Assembly (NCBI GenBank): GCA_014729135.1
Contig: WJKK01000001.1
Location: forward strand, 593-64,592
Length of the DNA: 64,000 bases
Direction: 5' to 3'
Source: a candidate division WWE3 bacterium
Lineage (GTDB): Bacteria > Patescibacteriota > WWE3 > UBA101185 > UBA10185
The notes under the pieces are model-generated. The model did no database searches and was not told the DNA's origin. It saw only the letters and a list, made by a program, of their open reading frames with translations. A program made the translations under genes and the position numbers. The stretch's first letter is position 1. Every line of letters begins with the position of its first letter. Positions 29,192 to 39,893 of this stretch are shown here, in pieces.

Positions 29192-29827
29192 CTAATAATG
29201 ATAAACATCCTCATCCGCGCGGCGATAATCCAAAAGCTCCTCCGAAGAAAACCAAATCGAAATCTCCTCCTGCGCCTCCTCCACCGTCCCCGAAGCATGA
29301 ATCAAATTCAACAAAGCACGCTTCTTCTGCATGCTCATGACCGCAGAATCCAGACCATAATCACCCCTAATCGTCCCCGGGGGAGCAGCATCCGGATAAG
29401 TAGAGCCAACCAAAGTCCTTACTTTTTTAACCGCATTAGGACCTTCAAAAACAAAAGCAAACACGGGTCCCTCATCAAACATGGAAAAAAGCCACTCATT
29501 AACCTGACTGCCAATTTCAGTCGGATCCGTGGTTCCAAAAATCTCCATGGGATCCACATCCAGATCCTCACAATCCTTTAAATTGTACTCACCAACCTTT
29601 TTGTGCCAAGCAGCATCCTTTTTGTAGTGCTTCTGAGCAACTCCTCTGTCGGCCTTAATTAGCTTTGCACCAACAATCTTAAGTCCCGTTTGCTCAAAGC
29701 GGTCAATAATTTCGCCGGTGATTCCTCGCTTAACTGCATCTGGCTTCAACAAGATTAGAGTGCGCTGTTTCAAGTTAGTATTAATAAATTTTGCGGGTTT
29801 TGTGTTGCCGGAATTTTGTTTATTCAT
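29192..29827 (-). CDS. ndk: Nucleoside diphosphate kinase
   Basis: RTLILLKPDAVKRG, GLKIVG, PGTIRGDY, NLIHASG. Confidence 0.95.
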   Translation of the reverse strand: MNKQNSGNTKPAKFINTNLKQRTLILLKPDAVKRGITGEIIDRFEQTGLKIVGAKLIKADRGVAQKHYKKDAAWHKKVGEYNLKDCEDLDVDPMEIFGTTDPTEIGSQVNEWLFSMFDEGPVFAFVFEGPNAVKKVRTLVGSTYPDAAPPGTIRGDYGLDSAVMSMQKKRALLNLIHASGTVEEAQEEISIWFSSEELLDYRRADEDVYHY

Positions 29828-29917
29828 GTAATCATTTATAACAAAGGAGCGGAACTAAAACAACTTGGGAGTAATTTTTCAAGAATTTTTTGGGTGGTTT
29901 TTGTAATTTCTTAATAA

Positions 29918-31027
29918 TTACAAAACGACTTCGGTCACGTCGTAATATCCAGAGGCATAGATTTTCAGGATTGCATACCGCGAAGACTGCGGATTTCTTA
30001 AGCTGTTTTTGTTGCTGATTAAAGCACCAATAACTATGTGAGCTAAGCTTTCTCGAACGGGATCTTTGTTAATGCTAAAAAAATGTTGGTCCGCTGCAAT
30101 TATTGCTTGAGCATTTGATTCTTGAATTGTTTTTAAGATTTCTTCTGCTTGTAACCGAACTGTGGAAACTACATCGCCATCCACCTTCCCCATTACACGT
30201 GGATTAGTGGGATGATATAAAGGCTGTGAAAGTATGACAAAGTCTGTGTCTTTGATTTCGGTGCTAAACCATGTCAAGTCTTCTTTGGAGACTTTGGTGT
30301 AGTTGGCACTGTTATCCAAAAGGAGGAACTTGTGTCCCTCACTTTCGTGGACTTGGTTGACATTTCCAAACACTTCAATGAAACCGGAGCGTCCTGACAA
30401 GTCACCTCTTGTCACAGATTGAGCTAAATCATGATCTCCCGGCAATACTAGAAACTTTATGTCACTTGATTCCAAAATTTGCCTACCTTTCTGCAAGTCT
30501 TCAATACTGCCGTATTGTGTCAAATCTCCAAGGAAAAACGCTGTTTCTACTCCCAAATCTTCCAAACCTTTTACTGCTTTTTCTAAATTTTCCCAGTCTC
30601 CTTCAGAGTCAGCCAACAAACCAATTTTTAAAACAACGTCTTCTTCGTTGCCTAAAACTTTACGTAGTTTTCCAACAGATATACCGGGAGAGTTACCAGC
30701 GGTTTTATCAGCATCATTAGATTCTCCGGAACCGGAAGCGGAATCACTTGAAGGATCCACAGCTAAGATCTCTTCCACACCGTGCTCATTTTTTAAGCCT
30801 TCTAGCACGTCTGACATTTCTGAAAGACCTAGAAAAAGTAAGACAAAAGATCCGCTGAGAATAACAACGGCAATAATTCCGGTGAAGACGCGTCCAAAAA
30901 TACCGCTCCCCTTTCTTCTTTTGGCACTTCTTGAAGATTTTCTCCTGGAATAACTTCGCTTTTTAGTTGACCGCCCTCTTTTCGACTTTCTTCCTCGACG
31001 AGTTTTCCTCCTTCGACGAGCACACAT
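29918..31027 (-). CDS. Membrane-anchored calcineurin-like metallophosphoesterase (divergent) with basic N-terminal tail
   Basis: R/K/S-rich N-terminus, TM, then LLADSEG, LGDLT, PGDHD, AADQH motifs. Confidence 0.75.
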   Translation of the reverse strand: MCARRRRKTRRGRKSKRGRSTKKRSYSRRKSSRSAKRRKGSGIFGRVFTGIIAVVILSGSFVLLFLGLSEMSDVLEGLKNEHGVEEILAVDPSSDSASGSGESNDADKTAGNSPGISVGKLRKVLGNEEDVVLKIGLLADSEGDWENLEKAVKGLEDLGVETAFFLGDLTQYGSIEDLQKGRQILESSDIKFLVLPGDHDLAQSVTRGDLSGRSGFIEVFGNVNQVHESEGHKFLLLDNSANYTKVSKEDLTWFSTEIKDTDFVILSQPLYHPTNPRVMGKVDGDVVSTVRLQAEEILKTIQESNAQAIIAADQHFFSINKDPVRESLAHIVIGALISNKNSLRNPQSSRYAILKIYASGYYDVTEVVL

Positions 31028-31032
31028 ATCGG

Positions 31033-33021
31033 CTACATCCTTTCTACTGTCTCAATACCTAGCAAATCCAGACCAACCTTCAAAACCACACCTACTGCAT
31101 TAGAAAGACAAAGCCTGAAGTTTCGTAACTCTACATTTTCAGCTTTTAAGATTGGCGCTCTAGCATAGAAACTGTTAAACAAACCGGCAAGCTCATGCAG
31201 ATAGGTACACAGATAACTTGGCATTAATTCCGTAGAAGATTTTCTCACTATTTCATTAAAATGAGTCAACTTTCGCAATAACAACGTTTCTTCTTCCTGC
31301 AAAGCACCGTCAAGATTTTCCAAGCTAAAATCATCCCACTTAAAATCAACCTGCTCAAGAATTGAAAACACCCTCACAAAAGTATATTGCAAATAAGGGC
31401 CCGTATTTCCGGTTAATTCCAAGGATTTAGTGCGATCATACACAATGTCCTTCCCTACTTGTTGCTTCAAGAGAGCATACTTTAAAGCACCTACAGCAAT
31501 TTTACGGGCAGTATCTCTTTTTTCCTCCTCCGAGAAATGCTCTGGGTTAGTTGCAGCTGTTTTTTCATAAGCCATTCCTGCCAATTGATACACAAGATCA
31601 TCAGCTGCTACAACATTTCCTGTTCGGGAGGACATCTTTCCTTCAGTTAGGCGCAACATGCCATGAGAAACATGATGGGTTTTTTCAGCCAACTCTGGGG
31701 CAATCCGGTTAAGCGCTGTTAAAACCACATCAAAATAGGCATCAATTTCATTTCCGGTGACAATATATGAAAGATCGTAAGCATAGTCCTCCTGCTTAAC
31801 AAAAGCCAATCCCAGATCCTTTGCTTCATACGTTGGAAGCCCTTGTGAATTAATAAACACACGCGTATGTAAACCATAGTCCTCACCTTTGAAAATCACA
31901 GCCCCCTTGTCCTTTTCAAACACACCTTGTCGCAAATATTCCTGAACAATCTTAAAACCATACTCCCCTGTTTCACTTTCAAAGTAATAAAAATCAAAAT
32001 CAGTTCCTAGAAGTTCGTAAACAGTTTCAAAATACTCTAGGCTCCATTCTCTTCCCGCCTGAAATAATTCCTTAACCTTGCTATGGGTTTCTTCGGGGTT
32101 AGTAAGCTTAGACAGATGCTGGCGATAATCCACTTGAGGTTCCCACCCTTTAGACTCCTGCAAGTTTTCCTGAGCGGATAAAAAGACTAAATAATTGTAG
32201 TTTTTAATTTTTTCTGCTGCCGAAGGATCCTCTTTATAAGCCGTGGCTCCGAGCGAATAACACTCCCCTAAAAAAGTAACTTGCTTTTTCGAGGACCAAG
32301 TGCTGATCTCGCCCAAAGTCAAACCGGTCTCTTCCAGCTTTTTTTCCATGCCCCAAATGGATTTAGCCACATGCATTCCCGCATCTCCCTGATAACTGGC
32401 ACGCTTAACTTCCCCACCGCAATATTCAAACAAACGCGTAAAAGATTCGCCAATTGCATTAGGCATAAGATGGCCAATGTGAAAGAGCTTAAAAGGGTTA
32501 GGATCTGTATACTCCACCGTGATCTTTTTCCCGGCTAAAAGCATATCAGAAAGCTCAATTTCCTCTCTCCTATAGTTTGCATGGTTTTTAGAGATTTCAT
32601 TGAGTACAATTTGTAACCAATTATTGGACATCTTGAAGTTAAGAAAACCGGGACCTGCCACACTAACAGACCATGTTTTTAAGGCCTCCGGAGATTTGTC
32701 AGCCAACTCATTCATCCTATAAGCAACTTTTTTAGCAATCTCATGTGGATTCTGCTTAAGCTGTCCTGACAACTGCAGACATAAATTAGAGGTATAATCA
32801 CCCCATTGAGAGTCATCCGGAACCGTAACTTCAAAACCGGAGAATTCAAGATCATAAAGGTCTTTAACGGCACTTATTAAGGATTCCTTAATAATCGAGG
32901 GTACATCTTTTTTTAAACCGGAAACTGTCGAATCCCCAGTCTTTCCCTTTTGTGGATGGGTTTTTGAATCACGGAATTGTGTTTTTTTAGCACTTTGTGA
33001 AATACGGCCACGGTTACTCAT
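31033..33021 (-). CDS. argS: Arginine--tRNA ligase
   Basis: GDYTSN, AGPGFLN, EYTDPNPFKLFHIGH, GKMSSRTGN, GNTGPYLQY, LLGIETVERM. Confidence 0.97.
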   Translation of the reverse strand: MSNRGRISQSAKKTQFRDSKTHPQKGKTGDSTVSGLKKDVPSIIKESLISAVKDLYDLEFSGFEVTVPDDSQWGDYTSNLCLQLSGQLKQNPHEIAKKVAYRMNELADKSPEALKTWSVSVAGPGFLNFKMSNNWLQIVLNEISKNHANYRREEIELSDMLLAGKKITVEYTDPNPFKLFHIGHLMPNAIGESFTRLFEYCGGEVKRASYQGDAGMHVAKSIWGMEKKLEETGLTLGEISTWSSKKQVTFLGECYSLGATAYKEDPSAAEKIKNYNYLVFLSAQENLQESKGWEPQVDYRQHLSKLTNPEETHSKVKELFQAGREWSLEYFETVYELLGTDFDFYYFESETGEYGFKIVQEYLRQGVFEKDKGAVIFKGEDYGLHTRVFINSQGLPTYEAKDLGLAFVKQEDYAYDLSYIVTGNEIDAYFDVVLTALNRIAPELAEKTHHVSHGMLRLTEGKMSSRTGNVVAADDLVYQLAGMAYEKTAATNPEHFSEEEKRDTARKIAVGALKYALLKQQVGKDIVYDRTKSLELTGNTGPYLQYTFVRVFSILEQVDFKWDDFSLENLDGALQEEETLLLRKLTHFNEIVRKSSTELMPSYLCTYLHELAGLFNSFYARAPILKAENVELRNFRLCLSNAVGVVLKVGLDLLGIETVERM

Positions 33022-33913
33022 ATTGAGTTAAATTGTAACGTATTTTCACAGTTCCGGCCACATCTGTTCTTTTTACTACGGCTTTTTCGCTTTCAAAGAA
33101 CTCTAAAACTTCCGGTGAAGGGTGTCCAAAGTCGTTTTCCTTCCCTACTGAAATAACGGTGACTTCCGGATCTAAGCTTTTCCAGAGAGATTTGTAAAGA
33201 CCGTTTTTTGAGCCGTGATGAGAGGCTTTATACACTTCTAGTGGCTTTTGCAGGATTTGTTGGGGTTTTGATAAAGCCGGTACCCCGCCGGAAAAACCTT
33301 TATCTATAGCAAAGTCGGAATAAATTTCCGAAAGAGCTTCTACCTCGGCATCGCCTGTTAGCAAAGCCTCAAAATCGCCATAGTCCAAAAGCAAAACTAA
33401 AGAAGAGTTGTTAAGGTTGCTAAAACCGTTAGGGATATCCTTTTGATAAGGCCACAATGCGTAAAAAGTAACACCATCTACTTGAAACGCCTCCCCTGAG
33501 ACCAAAGATTCCACCACTAAATCCTGCGAAGAAAACAAACCCTCCGTAAAAGCTAGCCAAGCATCATAAAGCCCGCTATCATAAGAAACCGCATTAAAAA
33601 TCACGCGCTCCACCCGGCAATGTTCCAAAGTTCGCAACAGCCCCTCCAGATGATCAGCATGCGGATGCGTTAAAACCATAACCTCCAATTTGCAGTTGTT
33701 TAAGGGGAAATATGCATCCAAAGCTTGCCCAACCGAATAGCCTTCCCCACCGTCAATAAGAATGTGCTTTTTTTGTGGAGTCGTTATGAGGATTGCATCG
33801 CCTTGCCCAACGTCTAAAAAAGCAAGTTCCAGATATTGCCCGCGGGAGTTGTTGAAGGCCAAAAGCAGCTTAAAGATTGTGACGGCTATTAAAAGAAATG
33901 TTTCTGATTTCAT
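33014..33913 (-). CDS. ComEC/Rec2 metallo-beta-lactamase domain, stand-alone
   Basis: FLDVGQGDAILI, LTHPHADHLEG, NNSSLV, LLTGDAE, SHHGSKN, ISVG..N.FGHP, RTD..G. Confidence 0.92.
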   Translation of the reverse strand: MKSETFLLIAVTIFKLLLAFNNSRGQYLELAFLDVGQGDAILITTPQKKHILIDGGEGYSVGQALDAYFPLNNCKLEVMVLTHPHADHLEGLLRTLEHCRVERVIFNAVSYDSGLYDAWLAFTEGLFSSQDLVVESLVSGEAFQVDGVTFYALWPYQKDIPNGFSNLNNSSLVLLLDYGDFEALLTGDAEVEALSEIYSDFAIDKGFSGGVPALSKPQQILQKPLEVYKASHHGSKNGLYKSLWKSLDPEVTVISVGKENDFGHPSPEVLEFFESEKAVVKRTDVAGTVKIRYNLTQYE

Positions 33914-34000
33914 AGTTTGTCCTACTATAGTTGTCTTTCTGCAATCTTCTTTTTTCTATTAACAATTTCCTATTGTAAGGGAGTCTTTTAAGAACGCGCC

Positions 34001-35161
34001 CTAACTTTGCACTAAAACAGGCTCTTCCGACTTTCTCCAAAGCTTAAAGGCAATAACAAACAAGACCAAATAATAAGTAACCAAAAACACAGGCGAAATC
34101 TTTACCTCAATTTGCGCAAAAGGAAATCGTGAGAAAAACGCAACCGTATCAGCAAAAATATCCGCCGGAATATAAACCAAAAACGCCAAGATTTTCGACA
34201 AAAACATAAAATCCCCCACAAAAAATAGCAGCAAAAACACTCCTCCTAAAACCGTGGCTAAAGGCACCGTCCACAAAACAAGCGCATTAACCAGCAAACT
34301 AATTAAACTCACACGACCAAAATAAAACGAAATCAGAGGCCACACCAAAACTTGGGCAGCTACTGTAGCAACAAGATCTTCCTGTAAAAATGCGGGAACA
34401 CGCGTGGCAAAGCCCAAATTTTCAATAGGCGCCGAAAATAAAACCAAACTTAACGTAGCCATAAAGCTCAGCTGAAAGCTTAAACTAAATAAAAACGCCG
34501 GCTGCCATAAAACCATAGCCAAACCCGACACCACCGAAACGCGCAAAGTCGGGAAAGATCTTCCATAGTACTTGCCCAAATAAGCAATTGACCCCATTAT
34601 CCAGGAGCGAATCACCGGAGGATCAAAGCCCGACAAGAAAGCGTAAAACAGAGCCACAATTGCACCAACAATTAAACGCGTCCGATTATAAAAGGAGCCC
34701 AACAGCGCCCAAACTAAGGTGTAAACCAAGCTGATGTTGTAGCCGGAAACTACAACCACGTGAATTGTTCCCGTTTTTAAAAGCATTTCCTTAAATTTTG
34801 GCAATTTATGAAAGTGATCAATTCCTATGGTCATGCCCAATAGCAATTCGCTGGCAGGACTTGGAAGATATTTATGCGCTCGCGTAATTGCTGAGTTTCT
34901 TATTTGGTTAAGGGCTTTTGCAAATTTGGGAAACTTTTCTTCAATTGTTTTTTCGGTTGCTAAGGAGTTTTTGAGTTTTTGTTTTTGGCTTGAGCAAGTG
35001 ATAAAATCGCCATCGCAAAATGTGCGTACTCGCAGGAAGGTAAAAATTATTAGGAGTATTAAGGGGAGTTGCTGGCGCAACAATGAGACCCCTCCCCTAG
35101 TGGTTTCCGTCTTGGTGGAATCGTCTAAATTGTTTAAGTTTTTGCGCAAATTATTAAGCAT
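34001..35161 (-). CDS. comEC: ComEC/Rec2 membrane competence domain
   Basis: LLLGMTIG, TGTIHVVVVSGYN, PPVIRSWIM, SFQLSF.AT; multiple TMs. Confidence 0.92.
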   Translation of the reverse strand: MLNNLRKNLNNLDDSTKTETTRGGVSLLRQQLPLILLIIFTFLRVRTFCDGDFITCSSQKQKLKNSLATEKTIEEKFPKFAKALNQIRNSAITRAHKYLPSPASELLLGMTIGIDHFHKLPKFKEMLLKTGTIHVVVVSGYNISLVYTLVWALLGSFYNRTRLIVGAIVALFYAFLSGFDPPVIRSWIMGSIAYLGKYYGRSFPTLRVSVVSGLAMVLWQPAFLFSLSFQLSFMATLSLVLFSAPIENLGFATRVPAFLQEDLVATVAAQVLVWPLISFYFGRVSLISLLVNALVLWTVPLATVLGGVFLLLFFVGDFMFLSKILAFLVYIPADIFADTVAFFSRFPFAQIEVKISPVFLVTYYLVLFVIAFKLWRKSEEPVLVQS

Positions 35162-35243
35162 ACCTATTCGTTTTCTTGTTCTTGAACAAAGCCTTCAGAC
35201 CTGAAAGCCATGCTTCAAAGCCCTACTAAAGAGCAAGAAGCTA

Positions 35244-35999
35244 TCAAAAACTTATTAAGCCCTTGATTTTCTCCAACGTACTGGCATAAACTCCCGCCTT
35301 CTCCCCCAAATCAGCAAGCTTCGCATAAGGACGGTTTTTGATAATCTTTTCGGCAAAAGCGTCGCCAATTCCGGGCAGCTCTTTTAGTTCTTCAGCGGAG
35401 GCTTCGTTGACGTTTATAAGATCACCGGAGGAATCTGTGGGGGCGCCTGCTGCGCTCGTGTCCTCACCGGAAACATCCCCGGAATCCTTAGAAGTGGCGC
35501 TTTTAGAGCTCTCATTTTTTCCGGAATCCTCTTCTGTATCGTCGGATTCGTCATCACCGGCCTCCTCGCTGGGATCCGCTGCAGCAACAACCGGATCAAA
35601 CTCCAAAGTTTTCAGCTTATACTCGGGAGCCTCCGGCGCAACCTCCCATTCAAACGGAATGTAAATCTTCTGCTGATCTCGCAAGAAAGCGGAAAGATTT
35701 AAATTGTGCGAGAGCCACTTTTGCGACACCTCGCTGGTTGCACCTCCTGAAAGTGAAATTAAATCCGCTAAACGGGATCCTGCATCCAAAGAATAAATCC
35801 CGGGGCGATCCACAGCTCCGGATAAATCCACCGTAATTGAATCGGTTTCTTTAGATTCTTTAGGCACCTTTATCTCCCCCGAAGAGGCGGACAAAGCCTC
35901 TCTGTTGTAAAAGTATAGGTATGTGATTAAACCCGACACTAAGGCAATTGCGCTAACAAAATAATATAAGTTTTGGAATATGAAATCTTTTATGATCAT
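35244..35999 (-). CDS. comEA: ComEA DNA receptor (SLBB + HhH)
   Basis: VDLSGAVDRPGIY, LNLSAFLRDQQKIYIP, INVNEASAEELKELPGIG. Confidence 0.93.
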   Translation of the reverse strand: MIIKDFIFQNLYYFVSAIALVSGLITYLYFYNREALSASSGEIKVPKESKETDSITVDLSGAVDRPGIYSLDAGSRLADLISLSGGATSEVSQKWLSHNLNLSAFLRDQQKIYIPFEWEVAPEAPEYKLKTLEFDPVVAAADPSEEAGDDESDDTEEDSGKNESSKSATSKDSGDVSGEDTSAAGAPTDSSGDLINVNEASAEELKELPGIGDAFAEKIIKNRPYAKLADLGEKAGVYASTLEKIKGLISF

Positions 36000-36227
36000 G
36001 ATTTATTTTTAATACATTTCAGTGGAGGTTGCAAGAACCAATATTCTAGTTTAAATAGAATATTGGTCAAAAATGGATGGTTCTTTGATGGATTTCCGCA
36101 TATTTCCCGCAGGTTTTGGAGACATGAATTTTTTTGTGGATAAGTGGATTTCTTGAAATTATTTCCCGCATATTTCCTGCAACAGTGGATTTTTGCCCTT
36201 AACACGAGGACTTTTCGGGAAGAAAGA

Positions 36228-36286
36228 GACACCCCCTTTTGAGCGAATTTTGAGCGAAGCGAAACCTGAGCGAAAAAGGGGGTGTC
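36228..36286. repeat. REP-like IR with internal GAGCGAA repeats
   Basis: GACACCCCCTTTT / AAAAGGGGGTGTC. Confidence 0.75.
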
Positions 36287-36318
36287 CTTTCTGACCTAGC
36301 TCTGTTAAATCTAAAAAC

Positions 36319-36349
36319 AAAAAAGGAGGTGCTAAGCACCTCCCTTTTT
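36319..36349 (-). terminator. Intrinsic terminator after ArsR gene
   Basis: AAAAAAGGAGGTGC-TAA-GCACCTCCCTTTTT. Confidence 0.75.
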
Positions 36350-36406
36350 CAAAAGGCTAGGCAAAACCTAACCTCTAAAAACTTCACTTAAATCACAAAT
36401 ATAAAA

Positions 36407-36703
36407 TTATTCCTTCAAAGCCTCCTCGATAAGTGACCGAAAAGCAGGATATTCACTGATTGACTTTACCAAAGAAACAAAACGGCGTTCGTTCAAGCGG
36501 TAAAACACCTGACGCCCTTTCTTCTTGTTCTTCAAGAAGCCAAGATCAGCTAAAACCCGCAAGTGGTGAGAAGCCAAGTTCTCCTCCACCCTAAGATTTT
36601 CAGCTACCTGAGAAACGTTCTTCTGTCCGTCACTCAAGAACTTCAAAATTTTTAATCGGTTATTATCCGAAAAAGCCTTTGAGACTTTTGTTAATTTAAC
36701 CAT
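36407..36703 (-). CDS. ArsR/SmtB family regulator
   Basis: KAFSDNNRLKIL...NVSQVA...SHHLRVL...GRQVFYRL. Confidence 0.92.
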   Translation of the reverse strand: MVKLTKVSKAFSDNNRLKILKFLSDGQKNVSQVAENLRVEENLASHHLRVLADLGFLKNKKKGRQVFYRLNERRFVSLVKSISEYPAFRSLIEEALKE

Positions 36704-36762
36704 GCACCAATACTACAACATAAATTATACAAAGTCCAATCAATATTCGTTGGAATACTCAA

Positions 36763-38442
36763 TTACTTTTTATTCCTGTACTGTAGGGCTTCTGCTACAT
36801 GCGTCTCCTTAATTTTTTGCGAATCCGACAAATCTGCAATAGTTCGCGCCACTTTTAAAACCTTGAAATAAGATCTTGCAGAAAGATTAAAAGTATTTCC
36901 TGCCCTTTGGAGGAGTCTCTCTGCTTGCAAATCCGGCTTACAAAACTTTTTAATATGCTTGTTTTTCATTTCGGCGTTTAAATATATGGACGCCTTTTTT
37001 AGGCGTTCTCCCTGGATTTTGCGGGCACTCACTACTCTTTTGCGTATTTCGTTGGAAGTTTCTATATTTCCTGCAACAGTTTCTTTTGTAGCACCTGCAA
37101 AATCAAGAGAATCCGGACTACACACTCTGCCAATAGCTGCTGTCTTAACTTTGGAGTCTGCAGCCTCTCCCGCAAAACGAAGCTTTTCAGTATCAACGGG
37201 ACGAACACGACAAAATAAATCAATGCGATCCAGAATTGGACCCGACAACTTCTTCTTATAACGCCGGATTTGCCCGGGAGAGCAAGTGCAAGTTTGATTC
37301 GAGCCAAAAAACCCACAAGGACAGGGATTTCCTGCAGCAATTAAAATGAACCTGCAAGGAAACGTGAAACTCCCTAAACTGCGCGATATTGTCACCTTCC
37401 CCTCCTCCAAAGGTTGGCGAAGCATCTCTAAAATTGACCGCGGAAACTCAGGAAACTCATCCATAAAAAGCACGCCCCTATGCGCCAAACTAATCACGCC
37501 CGGCTGCGGAACACTCCCCCCACCAACCATGCCTGCATAAGAAATCGTATGATGAGGCGCTTTAAAAGGCCTTTTGCGAATTAAAGAGCCTCCCGGAGGA
37601 ATGGATCCAACAGCCGAATAGATCTTTGTAACTTCAAGAGATTCATTGTTTGTCAGTGGAGGTAAAATTGACCGAAAAGCCTTGGCTAGAAGGGTCTTTC
37701 CTGCTCCGGGAGGGCCAATCATTAGAAAGTTATGCCCACCTGCAGCTGAAATTTCTAGGGCTCTTTTTATCTTTGCTTGTCCTACAATGTCAGTCATGTC
37801 ATATTCAAATTTTGTTGCTTTTGTTGGAGGGTTTTGGTCTGTCTTGGGATTGTGAATGTACTTGGTAGTGGAATCTTGGGAATCCCCTTCCCCACTGGAA
37901 GAACAGGAAACTGAGAGAGGCCTTTTAACCGAGCCTCCCTTTAAAATTTCAAAAAGATCTACTAAATTTTCTATAGAAAAAACCTCCAAGCCAGGCACTG
38001 CAGAAACCTCGCGGACATTGGATTTAGGCACAAAAACCTTTTTATAACCCTTCTCCTTGGCAAAAAGCGCTAAAAGGAAGGCTCCCTTGGAGTGACGCAA
38101 ACTACCATCAAGTGACAACTCTCCAAAGAAAAGCGCCTTCTTAGGAATTTCCAGACCATGAATAAGCGCCAAAAGCCCTACAGCAATGGGCAAATCGTAA
38201 AAAGACCCGTGTTTAGGCACGTCAGCGGGAGCTAAATTCACTGTTATTCTTTTCTTGGAAGGAAAATCTAAGTCCAAATTCACCAAAGCCGTTTTTATGC
38301 GATGTCTACTTTCAGTAGTGGCCTTATTGGGAAGCCCCACAATATCAAACGAAGGCAAACCCCTACTTGCAATATCAACTTCCACTGTAATGCCTAAACT
38401 TTTCAGGCCAACAGGAGCAACTGAATCGACTTTAACTAACAT
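36763..38442 (-). CDS. comM: ComM/YifB Mg-chelatase-like helicase
   Basis: ITVNLAPAD, GELSLDG, GPPGAGKT, PHHT, SLAHRGVLFMDEFPEF, NPCPCG, LSGPILDRID, ARTIADL. Confidence 0.95.
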   Translation of the reverse strand: MLVKVDSVAPVGLKSLGITVEVDIASRGLPSFDIVGLPNKATTESRHRIKTALVNLDLDFPSKKRITVNLAPADVPKHGSFYDLPIAVGLLALIHGLEIPKKALFFGELSLDGSLRHSKGAFLLALFAKEKGYKKVFVPKSNVREVSAVPGLEVFSIENLVDLFEILKGGSVKRPLSVSCSSSGEGDSQDSTTKYIHNPKTDQNPPTKATKFEYDMTDIVGQAKIKRALEISAAGGHNFLMIGPPGAGKTLLAKAFRSILPPLTNNESLEVTKIYSAVGSIPPGGSLIRKRPFKAPHHTISYAGMVGGGSVPQPGVISLAHRGVLFMDEFPEFPRSILEMLRQPLEEGKVTISRSLGSFTFPCRFILIAAGNPCPCGFFGSNQTCTCSPGQIRRYKKKLSGPILDRIDLFCRVRPVDTEKLRFAGEAADSKVKTAAIGRVCSPDSLDFAGATKETVAGNIETSNEIRKRVVSARKIQGERLKKASIYLNAEMKNKHIKKFCKPDLQAERLLQRAGNTFNLSARSYFKVLKVARTIADLSDSQKIKETHVAEALQYRNKK

Positions 38443-39364
38443 AATAACGATCTCCTTCTTCTTTAATTAGGCCACGCAAAACCAAGGATGTAAGTGAGGA
38501 ATTTAAGCTGCTTATTGAAACCTGTTTGCCGGCTGCAACTAAAGCTTGGTTTAATTCATCGGCTGTTTGGGCGTTTGCTTTTAAACAAGATAGTATTTGC
38601 TTTTCTAAGGGGTCTAAATTGGGCAAACTGTCAAACAGATTTGCTGATGCACCGGATTTATTTTCCGGCAAACAAACTCCCGTATCCAGACCGACTTTTC
38701 CTCCCGCTTCCTCACCACGTTTTTCATAAAAAACCCTAATATCAAAAGGAGAACCAACTGCTCTAGCACCTTCCCGTAATAACTGACAAATGCCTTGAAA
38801 ATTATCAGAAAACACGTTTCCCGGAGCCACAAAAACTTGCCGCTTGTTCTTTTTAGCATAACCAGCCGTAATTAAAGTACCACTCCCCTTGCCGGCCTCC
38901 ACAACAAAAACAGCCTGAGATAACCCTGCCACAATGCGATTTCTTTTAGGAAAAGTCCATTTTTGAGCATGAGTATCCCCGGGATATTCCGAAACCACAA
39001 GACCACCCGAATCCAAAATTTCACGATGCAACTCCTTTTGAAAGCCCGGACAAACTCGATTAATTCCACAGGCCATAACTGCAATTGTCCTTCCTCCTGC
39101 TGATAAAGCTGCCCTATGCGCCTCCGCATCTACACCATACATAAAACCGGAAACAATAGTTATTCCTCTAGCTGCAAGGTCATAGACAAACTTTTGAGTA
39201 ACTCTTTTTCCATAAGGAGTCATTTTCCTGCTCCCTACTACAGCCAAACACGCCTTAAAAATTGCAGGATTGTACTCACCTCTTATATACAATTTCTCCG
39301 GGGGATCTCTTATTTCCCCAAGTAATGAAGGGTATTTCTTGGAATTTAAACTGATTACGTCCAT
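38432..39364 (-). CDS. dprA: DNA-processing protein DprA
   Basis: AVVGSRK, IVSGFMYGVD..AH, SEYP, FPKRNRIVAG, VVEAG.GSGTLITA. Confidence 0.95.
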   Translation of the reverse strand: MDVISLNSKKYPSLLGEIRDPPEKLYIRGEYNPAIFKACLAVVGSRKMTPYGKRVTQKFVYDLAARGITIVSGFMYGVDAEAHRAALSAGGRTIAVMACGINRVCPGFQKELHREILDSGGLVVSEYPGDTHAQKWTFPKRNRIVAGLSQAVFVVEAGKGSGTLITAGYAKKNKRQVFVAPGNVFSDNFQGICQLLREGARAVGSPFDIRVFYEKRGEEAGGKVGLDTGVCLPENKSGASANLFDSLPNLDPLEKQILSCLKANAQTADELNQALVAAGKQVSISSLNSSLTSLVLRGLIKEEGDRYYVS

Positions 39365-39425
39365 TGTACTAATTCTAACTTGGATCTAATTTTTCTCCAA
39401 GGACCAAAATTCTAGTTAAACTAGA

Positions 39426-39893
39426 ATGTTATACTTTTTTTATATGAAAAATGAAAAATCATTAAGACTTTTAAGTGTGGATCAAGTTATAGAATTAGCA
39501 CAAAAACAAGGAGTTGACTTTGGTAAAGGCAAACCCTACAACCGATTACGTTACTACACAAAACTCGGATGGCTTCCTAATATGCAACGTAAAGGTAAAA
39601 ATGGTGAGGGGCATTATCCGCATTGGGTAATAAATCGACTCAAATTAATCCAAAAGCTTAAAGATAAAGGGTATTCTAATGAAATTATTGCCGAAACCAT
39701 TGAGAAAAGAGAAAAAATTCGAAGTCTTTTTGCACCTCTTTTAACATCAAGATTTCAGCGGAAACTGCTTTTGGGTGGAATCTCTTTGCTACTAGGGTTA
39801 ATCATTTTAAGTGAACTGGACATTATTCCAATTGGAAAGTCTAAAAAAGAACCGTTACCTTTAATACAACCCGAAACAAGTGTTTTCCCGTAA
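39426..39893 (+). CDS. MerR-like HTH protein with C-terminal TM
   Basis: RLRYYTKLGWLP...GHYP...RLKLIQKLKDKGYS..II; TM at about aa 113-130. Confidence 0.75.
   Translation: MLYFFYMKNEKSLRLLSVDQVIELAQKQGVDFGKGKPYNRLRYYTKLGWLPNMQRKGKNGEGHYPHWVINRLKLIQKLKDKGYSNEIIAETIEKREKIRSLFAPLLTSRFQRKLLLGGISLLLGLIILSELDIIPIGKSKKEPLPLIQPETSVFP

Noticed and set aside
36135-36143. DnaA box (TTATCCACA on the minus strand) / replication origin
   Set aside because: A single perfect box, with no cluster and no dnaA context.
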